From Chlamydiota bacterium (GTDB lineage Bacteria; Auribacterota; Tritonobacteria; UBA1439): a stretch of DNA of 20,310 nucleotides. Below the pieces are notes generated by a model. The model did not search any database and was not told where the DNA came from. It was given only the letters and a program-made list of their open reading frames with translations. Made by a program: the position numbers and the translations under genes. The stretch spans positions 1-20,310 of the forward strand of contig JBAXOY010000051.1 of NCBI GenBank assembly GCA_037133055.1, written 5' to 3'. Below, one piece after another: positions 9,045 through 15,546 of the stretch. Every line of letters begins with the position of its first letter. Within the stretch, counting starts at the first letter, position 1.

Positions 9045-9093
9045 TTTTGCTGACACTTGGAAAATTGTGTCTCGATCTTTTTCATAGTGGGGA

Positions 9094-9172
9094 AGAGAGC
9101 CATAGTGCACCAGCGCCATTGGACAGTGAGCCGGCGCGAACCCCATGTGCTGAGAGAGCCATAGAGCACCAG
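9094..9172 (+). repeat. 20-nt direct repeat AGAGAGCCATAG(T/A)GCACCAG, candidate Com-binding boxes
   Basis: Copies at 9094-9113 and 9153-9172 (19/20 identical); degenerate GTGAGCC-GGC-GCGAACC between them at 9126-9142. Confidence 0.85.
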
Positions 9173-9230
9173 ATCCGAAGATGCTTGTGCGTCTGACCGT
9201 TTGACCCGCCAGGTTGCGGTCTAGGATCAT

Positions 9231-9285
9231 AGGCACATCGTTTCAGGCGTGAATAACGCTTGATTCGATGTGCCTTTTTTATTTT
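9231..9285 (+). terminator. Intrinsic terminator T1
   Basis: AGGCACATCG (9231-9240) / CGATGTGCCT (9266-9275) perfect 10-bp stem, inner stem TCAGGCGT/ACGCTTGA, followed by TTTTTATTTT. Confidence 0.85.
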
Positions 9286-9302
9286 CTCCGGCACGCGAAG
9301 TC

Positions 9303-9347
9303 AAGGCCCGTTGTTTCAGGTTCACGCCTGAGCAATGGGCCTTTTTT
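9303..9347 (+). terminator. Intrinsic terminator T2
   Basis: AAGGCCCGTTGTTTCAGG (9303-9320) / CCTGAGCAATGGGCCTT (9327-9343) with G-U pairs and one bulge; T6 at 9342-9347. Confidence 0.8.
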
Positions 9348-9368
9348 CTGCGCGGAGCCGGAGGAGAC

Positions 9369-9773
9369 ATGAGGAAGCCAGGGCACTACAGGATCGCGGC
9401 GGTTCTATTCGCCTCTCTCGTTTTCGCAAGCCTCGCGTCTGCTCAGACCGAGACGCCTACCCCCACCGAAACACCGACCTCAACTCCGACTATCACGCCG
9501 ACCCTGACGCCTACTCCGTCTCCGACGGCCTATGCCTATCCATACGCGCCGTCCTACGACTGGAAGTACGGGGGCGCCGCGCAGACGCAGAAGGCGATCC
9601 GTCAAATCGCGCATGACCTCGCGGGGATCGCCGCGTCATCCGGCTACCAGCTCCCAGTGCTCTATGTCCAGTCCACCCCAACCCCGACTCCTACCCGGAC
9701 CCGGACCCCGACGAAGACTCCGACGGTCACCCGCACCCCCACGAGGACACCGACCCCCACGGTGACTCCATGA
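9369..9773 (+). CDS. Signal-peptide Pro/Thr-repeat protein 1 (134 aa)
   Basis: SD GGAGGAG then ATG at 9369 (preferred over 9270). MRKPGHYRIAAVLFASLVFASLASA|QTETPT has basic, hydrophobic and A-S-A cleavage regions; two PT tracts flank a short core; ATGA overlap with the protease. Confidence 0.8.
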   Translation: MRKPGHYRIAAVLFASLVFASLASAQTETPTPTETPTSTPTITPTLTPTPSPTAYAYPYAPSYDWKYGGAAQTQKAIRQIAHDLAGIAASSGYQLPVLYVQSTPTPTPTRTRTPTKTPTVTRTPTRTPTPTVTP

Positions 9774-11167
9774 AGGCCCGACGATTCCTGGACGTTGACG
9801 TCGAGTGGATCAGTCTCGTGTTCGATCCGCGAGAGCCCGCGAACCGGGAGCCGCTGAAAGTCGCAAGGACGACCGGCCAGGCGGTCGAGCAGGGTCTTGA
9901 GCTCGTATCGGTCGCCCGGGATGCGGACTTCGACGAGAGCAAGGCTACTTTCGACCGGATCGTCCCTGTCGAGCGGATCGACAAGGATGCGCGGACGCTC
10001 TACGGGATCGTTTACCGGGTCAACGACGTGGACGCCTGCGGGACCTACGCGACCGCCGAGACAGTCCACCTGATGATGCGTAAGTTCGCCGCCCGCGGGC
10101 TCCTCGGCAACGTCGACAGCAACCACGACGAGAAGAAGCTGCGCGGTGTGTTCATCTCCCAACAGTGGATCGTGAAGCGCGGGGATCCGCTGTTCCCTGA
10201 ACCGAAGTACGAGGGTGCGTGGGCTGCCGGGGCATACGTGCAGGAGAACGATGCCGGCGCGAAGGTCTGGGAACGGGTGGAGAAAGGCGAGGCCCGCGGC
10301 TTCAGCCTGAAGGGCATGGCGCTGGTCAGCGATGAGCACGAGGTCGGCTTCGAACCCGTGGCGAATACGAAGAAGGAGAACGAGAAGATGGACAAGAAGG
10401 ATCAGCGAACGGATGACGGCGCCCAGCCGAGTGTCGAGGAGATAAGCCGGGCCCGCAAGGTACTCCGCTGGCTATTCGGCGAGTCGGCGCAGCGCGGCGT
10501 GTTAGGCGGACAAGAACCCCACGCGGGCGAGGCTCCGGCAGATGCGGTGCTCGGTGCCGCCGCCAGGGGGATCGAGGTGGAGCTTGCGGGCCGGGAGTTC
10601 TCGAAGTGCAATCTCGATCAGATGAAGGCCGCCCACGACATGCTCGGGAAGCTGATCGCGAAGGCGGGGGGCGGCGAGAGTGAAGGCGGGGACGCAACGA
10701 AACGGACAACCAAACAGGAGGGGAAGGACATGGAGAAGAGCGAGGTGGTTCAGCTGATCGCGGAGGCGATGAAGCCAATCGAGGCGAAACTGACGGAGAT
10801 CGGGTCGAAGCTTGCCGAGAAGGCGCCGGAGGTGAAGCTCAGTGAGGCGGACGTGGCTCGCATCGCCGCGGTCGAGACGAAGCTCACGGCGATCGAGGCG
10901 AAGCAGGCGGAAGCCCCGAAGACGGCTGAGCAGCAGCAGGCTGAGCTCACCGCGAAGATCGCGGAGGGAGAGGCGAAGACCGTGGAGCTCACCAAGCAGC
11001 TCAGGGAGCAGAGCGATAAGATCGTCGAGCAGAGGACCATGCTCGACAAGCTCTCCGGGAAGCGTCCGGAGTCGCGGTCTGCGCAGCCGGGTGGCGCCGG
11101 GCCGTCCGACGCGCCGAAACTGCAACTCAAGGTGAGGGACGGCGCTCCCAAGGGGTGCGTCATCTAG
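9770..11167 (+). CDS. XkdF-like prohead serine protease with C-terminal coiled-coil scaffold region
   Basis: WISLVFDPREPAN, RTLYGIVY, VDSNHD, GAW and WERVEKGEARGFSLKG motifs; long E/K/A-rich helical C-terminus; directly precedes the capsid gene. Confidence 0.85.
   Translation: MKARRFLDVDVEWISLVFDPREPANREPLKVARTTGQAVEQGLELVSVARDADFDESKATFDRIVPVERIDKDARTLYGIVYRVNDVDACGTYATAETVHLMMRKFAARGLLGNVDSNHDEKKLRGVFISQQWIVKRGDPLFPEPKYEGAWAAGAYVQENDAGAKVWERVEKGEARGFSLKGMALVSDEHEVGFEPVANTKKENEKMDKKDQRTDDGAQPSVEEISRARKVLRWLFGESAQRGVLGGQEPHAGEAPADAVLGAAARGIEVELAGREFSKCNLDQMKAAHDMLGKLIAKAGGGESEGGDATKRTTKQEGKDMEKSEVVQLIAEAMKPIEAKLTEIGSKLAEKAPEVKLSEADVARIAAVETKLTAIEAKQAEAPKTAEQQQAELTAKIAEGEAKTVELTKQLREQSDKIVEQRTMLDKLSGKRPESRSAQPGGAGPSDAPKLQLKVRDGAPKGCVI
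10730..11167 (+). CDS. Putative nested scaffolding protein from an internal in-frame start
   Basis: AGGAGG at 10716-10721 upstream of in-frame ATG 10730 (MEKSEVVQ...), 145 aa, coiled-coil composition. Confidence 0.55.
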   Translation: MEKSEVVQLIAEAMKPIEAKLTEIGSKLAEKAPEVKLSEADVARIAAVETKLTAIEAKQAEAPKTAEQQQAELTAKIAEGEAKTVELTKQLREQSDKIVEQRTMLDKLSGKRPESRSAQPGGAGPSDAPKLQLKVRDGAPKGCVI

Positions 11168-11230
11168 GGGCGGAAATCGGAATGCAACCGTCGTAGCGCG
11201 GGGAAAGGTGAATCAACTGGAGGAAAGAAG

Positions 11231-12157
11231 ATGAAGAGATACGCGACATTCGAAGAAGTGGCGAGGGCGATCAAGCAGGGTGACGTCGGCGGGAACGTGA
11301 TGGCTGCCGAGGAGGCGACTGAATTCGTCCTGACAACCCTGAACGAGCAGAAGCTGATGCCGTCCATTCAGAACAATATCATGACGAGGGAGACGAAGAA
11401 GATCAGTACTCTCGGCATGACGGGTCGTGCGACGCGCGGACCTGGCGCCGGTACGGTGAACGAGGAGGAGGCTGCGGTTACCTACGGCGAGAACACTCTT
11501 ACCGGTAAAAAGACGATGCTCAATTTCCGGATAGAGTACGAAGCTACCATGTTCAACATCGAGGGGTCCAGCATTACCGACACGCTGAAAGGCCTCGCGG
11601 CGACTACGATCGGCAACAGCAATGAGGACCTTGGGATCAACGGTGCTGTGGCGACCGATCCGGGAGCAGATGACTACGCCTTCCTGAAGCAGAATGACGG
11701 TTGGCTCGCGCTCGCCGAAGAGGAAGACCGCGGAACCCACAAGGTCAACTCGAACGACCTAACGAAGATGTCGGAGAAGTTCGAGCAGGCCATGATGGCG
11801 TTGCCGGCGAAATGGCGGAGCGCGCCGACGAAGGCATTCATCTGCAGCGATACCGATGCCAGGTCATGGGCGCTCGAGGTGAGCGGGATGGTGGGTGCAT
11901 ACAACTATCTGCTGAACGGCGTGATCCCTCCATACGCAGGAATACCGATCGTCGATCTGCCGGCGTGGCCCACAGGGACGATCTTCCACGGGCCGACGAG
12001 GAACCTGAACTTCGGCGTGGTCCGGGACAGCATCCGCAACGAGACGGACGTGGACATCGAATCGCAGGAGTTCATCTTCGTGTGGAGCATGTTCATCGAC
12101 TACGAGTTCGGCCTCAACGATGCAGTCGTGGTCAGCAAGGACCGCGGACCCGCATAA
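11231..12157 (+). CDS. Major capsid protein (HK97 fold, XkdG/P2-like)
   Basis: 308 aa after the protease; SD GGAGG; GGNVMAAEEATEF, NIEG, EDLGING, NDGWL and ALPAKWR motifs; followed by a strong terminator. Confidence 0.85.
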   Translation: MKRYATFEEVARAIKQGDVGGNVMAAEEATEFVLTTLNEQKLMPSIQNNIMTRETKKISTLGMTGRATRGPGAGTVNEEEAAVTYGENTLTGKKTMLNFRIEYEATMFNIEGSSITDTLKGLAATTIGNSNEDLGINGAVATDPGADDYAFLKQNDGWLALAEEEDRGTHKVNSNDLTKMSEKFEQAMMALPAKWRSAPTKAFICSDTDARSWALEVSGMVGAYNYLLNGVIPPYAGIPIVDLPAWPTGTIFHGPTRNLNFGVVRDSIRNETDVDIESQEFIFVWSMFIDYEFGLNDAVVVSKDRGPA

Positions 12158-12188
12158 GCGGTAACCGGGCTGCATGGAAGAGATGTGT

Positions 12189-12227
12189 GGCCCGGCAGGA
12201 TGACACCTGTTCCTGCCGGGCCTTTTT
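12189..12227 (+). terminator. Intrinsic terminator after the capsid gene
   Basis: GGCCCGGCAGGA (12189-12200) / TCCTGCCGGGCC (12211-12222) perfect 12-bp stem followed by TTTTT. Confidence 0.85.
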
Positions 12228-12243
12228 CATGGAGGATCAGTAG

Positions 12244-12690
12244 GTGCCGATCTATAGAGACAGGCGATGCTCGGGGTCATATTCCCAGACGGTCAACGGC
12301 ATCGCTTACTGCCTGAGATCACACAAACCTGCTCCTCCTGGTACGCCGCCCGGAGTAATCGAGAAGGCCAGGAGATGCGGGGTGATCGTTCTCGATCCGG
12401 GGCAGAAACCCGAGCCGATGAGGAAGGTGGCTCCCGAGGAGCTCAAGGACAATAAGTCGCACATGGTCATAGCGAGTACCAGGCCGAAGAGGCTGCGCGA
12501 TGAGTTCCCGGCGAGGTCGAGAGTGAAGAAACAAGAGGAAGAGGCGCAGCCGCCAGCATCCGCTCCGGCGGTACCGGCGGATGTGGATGTTTCTAATCCG
12601 GGATGGAATAGGCCGAAGACCGAAGAAAAGCCACAGGCTACAGAGAAGAAGATCGCAAAACGAGCACGCAAGAAAGAAGGAGAAAAATGA
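12244..12690 (+). CDS. Hypothetical protein with Pro/Lys-rich, probably disordered C-terminus
   Basis: SD GGAGG (12231-12235) with GTG start; ATGA overlap with the next gene; post-capsid position. Confidence 0.7.
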   Translation: MPIYRDRRCSGSYSQTVNGIAYCLRSHKPAPPGTPPGVIEKARRCGVIVLDPGQKPEPMRKVAPEELKDNKSHMVIASTRPKRLRDEFPARSRVKKQEEEAQPPASAPAVPADVDVSNPGWNRPKTEEKPQATEKKIAKRARKKEGEK

Positions 12691-13280
12691 GAGAGAGAAG
12701 ATTCAAATGGAGGGTGCTCGGCGCGATGGTACTCTTCGCCATTGTGGTGACGTCTGTGCTCGCCCAGACGGAGACGCCAACTGAGACCCCGACGATCACA
12801 GCGACCCCCACGAATACTCCGACCAATACCCCCACAAACACGCCGACGGGGACCCCGACCAGTACGGCTACATACACTCCGACGATCACGCCAACAGCAA
12901 CGGCCACGGCGACTACTCCCCCGACGGCGACATCGACGCCGACTAAGACGCCGACGATTACCCCGACGCCCACTGTGACACCGGTGCAGTTCCGGGTCCC
13001 GCTTGAGCCTTTTCGCGGGATGCGAGGCGGGGCAGACATCTTCAACGGATTCAAACAGACGGCGTATGACCTGAACGCGATCAAGACATGGCTTGAGGCG
13101 AATGTGGCGACGCCCGGGCCGGCAATTGGGCTATCGGTACAGCCGACGGTGACCCCCACACCGACGCCGACGAAGACGCCTACGCGGACGGCGACTCCGA
13201 CCCGGACACCGACACGGACTCCGACGCCCACGAGGACAGCGACGCCGACAAGGACCCCCACGGCCACGGTTACGCCGTAG
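12687..13280 (+). CDS. Signal-peptide Pro/Thr-repeat protein 2 (197 aa); paralog of 9369..9773
   Basis: MRERRFKWRVLGAMVLFAIVVTSVLA|QTETPT; two PT tracts; core GGA...KQTAYDLNAI; ends TVTP; SD AAGGAG. Confidence 0.85.
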   Translation: MRERRFKWRVLGAMVLFAIVVTSVLAQTETPTETPTITATPTNTPTNTPTNTPTGTPTSTATYTPTITPTATATATTPPTATSTPTKTPTITPTPTVTPVQFRVPLEPFRGMRGGADIFNGFKQTAYDLNAIKTWLEANVATPGPAIGLSVQPTVTPTPTPTKTPTRTATPTRTPTRTPTPTRTATPTRTPTATVTP

Positions 13281-13296
13281 GGGATAGGAGCTGGCG

Positions 13297-13986
13297 ATGT
13301 ACTGCACGGTCGAGGATTTGAAGGGCGAGGGCGTCGCGATAGCCGCCGCCAAGGGCGAGAAAGAGCGGGTCGAAAGGCTCATCTCTTTCGCCTGCTCGAT
13401 CCTCGATGACCGGACCGGGCAGTGGTTTGAGGAGCGGACGTTCACGGCTGAAGCCCCGATGCTCATTGACGGTGACGGGTCAAACGCCCTCGATTTCTCG
13501 GTCCCGATCATCTCGATCGACGAGATCTGGGTCGACGGCGACGCTACGGATGCCGACGATTACGTGGTCTACAACCGGATCCTTCCAGATGACCGAAAAT
13601 GGCCGAGGGTTGTCCTCGAACACGGTTTCGTCTGGACAAGGGGGCGGCAGAACATTGAGGTGGCTGGGAAGTTCGGCTACATGGACCGCGACCCGATATC
13701 AGGCGCGCTAATGACCCCTGAGCCTATCCGGCAGGCGGCGATGCGGCTGGTGATGATTGAGGTGCCGAAGCTCGGGACCGGATCGGGGCAGCTGGAGCGG
13801 AAACTCTCGAACGTGAAGAGCGAGACTACGGACACGCACAGCTACACGCTCGCCGACATCGCCGTTTCGGACGGTCCGACCGGTGATTCGTTCATCGACA
13901 AAGTGATTGAGCGATACCAGGGGCCGCTTGCCGCCGTGGTAGTGGGCGGCTCGCATGACAGGTGCGGATTTCGTTCATGGGCCTGA
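13297..13986 (+). CDS. Head-tail adaptor/connector protein
   Basis: MYCTVEDLK start, ILDDRTGQWF, GRQNIEVAGKFGY, PEPIRQAAMRL and KSETTDTHSYT, typical of gp6/gp15-like adaptors; SD AGGAG. Confidence 0.75.
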   Translation: MYCTVEDLKGEGVAIAAAKGEKERVERLISFACSILDDRTGQWFEERTFTAEAPMLIDGDGSNALDFSVPIISIDEIWVDGDATDADDYVVYNRILPDDRKWPRVVLEHGFVWTRGRQNIEVAGKFGYMDRDPISGALMTPEPIRQAAMRLVMIEVPKLGTGSGQLERKLSNVKSETTDTHSYTLADIAVSDGPTGDSFIDKVIERYQGPLAAVVVGGSHDRCGFRSWA

Positions 13987-14378
13987 GCTTTCTCATCCAT
14001 CCGGTAACCGTCGAGGTGCGGCAAATCGACCCGGAGAGGGTGACCCGGGACGCGATAACCGGAGATGTGACGGTGAAGCCGGGGTACGAGGACGGATACG
14101 GAGATCCGGTGGCACTTCAAGGCCAGGTGCACCGGTATAGCGAGAAGGAGCTCTCCTACGGGATAGGCGGGTTGGTACCGATCGGAAAAGGGTTCGTGCT
14201 TTTCGACCGTGAGGAACTTGAGCAGGCCGAGGTGACGCTGGCGACGGGCGACATCATCAGCTCGGTGGAGGGTGTGGCAAAGGATTTCAGGATCGTCGAC
14301 GTATCAGGGACGGCGACCTACGGAGGGCAGACGTACCTCGTCAAGGCCGTGTACGACGAGGCGCCGAAAGGGCGGTGA
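13977..14378 (+). CDS. Putative head-closure protein
   Basis: Position after the adaptor; beta-rich 133 aa with a GDII motif. Start is ATG 13977 or GTG 13962. Confidence 0.55.
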   Translation: MGLSFLIHPVTVEVRQIDPERVTRDAITGDVTVKPGYEDGYGDPVALQGQVHRYSEKELSYGIGGLVPIGKGFVLFDREELEQAEVTLATGDIISSVEGVAKDFRIVDVSGTATYGGQTYLVKAVYDEAPKGR

Positions 14379-14381
14379 GAG

Positions 14382-14894
14382 GTGGCATCGGGCGGGGCGG
14401 GGCTCCTTGGCGGATGGAGCAAGATGGTCCAGAAGTTCAGCTCGCTCGGCGGGGATCTCAAGCGGGTACAGGAGAAGTTCCCGGAGAAGAAGGCGGTCTA
14501 CCTCGCATCGGAGATACGGAAAGGGATCACATCACAGGCCCCCGGCGGAGTGGCGTTTCAGGCGCTCGCGCAGTCGACGATCGATCGGAAGGGATCGAGC
14601 AAGGCGCTCATCGACACCGCGGACATGCGGAACTCGGTGACGCATCAGGAGGTTGAATCTGGCGTCGAGTTCGTGGGGCTTCTGCGGACGCAGCAGCATA
14701 AAAAGAAAGGCGCGAGTGACGAAGATATCTCCGAGGCAAATCTCGGATATATCCACGAGGTCGAGGGTGTGAGGGCCGGACCCGGCGGAGAGAACAGGAT
14801 AAAGCGGCCGTTCATCATGCCGGTCTGGAACGTAGAGAAGCCGAAAATGGAGCGGGACCTGGTGCACGAGGTCGAGGACGCGCTGAGGAAATAG
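14382..14894 (+). CDS. Neck / virion morphogenesis (tail completion) protein
   Basis: ALAQSTIDRKGSSKALIDTADMRNSV, YIHE and IKRPFIMP motifs of the HK97 gp10 / Mu gpG-like group. Confidence 0.75.
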   Translation: MASGGAGLLGGWSKMVQKFSSLGGDLKRVQEKFPEKKAVYLASEIRKGITSQAPGGVAFQALAQSTIDRKGSSKALIDTADMRNSVTHQEVESGVEFVGLLRTQQHKKKGASDEDISEANLGYIHEVEGVRAGPGGENRIKRPFIMPVWNVEKPKMERDLVHEVEDALRK

Positions 14895-14901
14895 GGGAAA
14901 G

Positions 14902-15531
14902 ATGGACACGGTCGATACGGTAATGCGAGCGCTGATAGGCGATCTCCGGACAAGGTTCGGGGAGCGCTTTTTCTCCGCTGCCGGACAGGACCAGGCGAAG
15001 GACATCACGCTCACGCCGCCGCTTGAGTTCAACGAGCAATCGCGGTCCCCGCAGTGGGTCATTACCGATCTCACGCTCACGCCGTCACGCTGGCGGAGCA
15101 ACGGGACCCTGGACCTGAACGAGGACAGGGAATCGGGGACGGTCGACGAGGTGGCTGATCCGATCCATCGCAATATCGAGTTCGTTGTGACGGTGGTGTC
15201 GAAGAAGCACGCTGAGGCATGGGCGATGACCGAGGCGCTTACCGTGTACTTCGGCAAGGAGCCGCCGGTCCTCGAGTTCACGGTCGGTGAGGGGGCGGAT
15301 GCCTACACGTTCAAGTTCGTGAAGGACCTGATGCGCGAGTTCGAGGACAGGACGGTCCCGAATGCCGGCGGCCTCCGGTTCTGGGAAGCGCGAGTGCGGA
15401 TCATGGACGTGCCGATATATGACGGTGTGCGGACGGAGCGGAAGCTCGCGACGGAGGTCGAGATCAGCGTGAGCGACCAGAATAGCGGCGAAAAGCTTGT
15501 GACCGCGGATGTTTCGGTCGACGACGAATAA
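14902..15531 (+). CDS. Putative tail terminator / sheath-capping protein
   Basis: 209 aa immediately before the sheath; assignment by synteny only. Confidence 0.5.
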   Translation: MDTVDTVMRALIGDLRTRFGERFFSAAGQDQAKDITLTPPLEFNEQSRSPQWVITDLTLTPSRWRSNGTLDLNEDRESGTVDEVADPIHRNIEFVVTVVSKKHAEAWAMTEALTVYFGKEPPVLEFTVGEGADAYTFKFVKDLMREFEDRTVPNAGGLRFWEARVRIMDVPIYDGVRTERKLATEVEISVSDQNSGEKLVTADVSVDDE

Positions 15532-15546
15532 AGGAGGGCGCGAAAA

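Larger units (their letters stand above)
9051..9347 (+). ncRNA. Putative structured leader / attenuator RNA
   Basis: Non-coding stretch between the promoter and SD GGAGGAG (~9360-9366), containing direct repeats, several hairpins and two terminators. The start site is inferred from the -10 position. Confidence 0.55.

Noticed and set aside
9094..9172. Mini-CRISPR interpretation of the 20-nt repeats with a 39-nt spacer
   Set aside because: Only two short, non-palindromic copies and no cas genes in view; the internal bipartite motif beside a Com-like gene explains them better. Not formally excluded.
9051..9347. tRNA or known riboswitch in the leader
   Set aside because: No cloverleaf, T-loop or riboswitch consensus that I recognise; an Rfam scan would be decisive.
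9270..9368. Longer N-terminus for PT protein 1 starting at 9270
   Set aside because: That start lies inside terminator T1 without an SD; ATG 9369 has GGAGGAG and puts the signal peptide at the N-terminus.
12638..13267. Minus-strand Val/Gly-repeat ORF (similar ones near 9662-9984)
   Set aside because: It is the antisense reading of the Pro/Thr codons; the + strand ORF has the SD and signal peptide.
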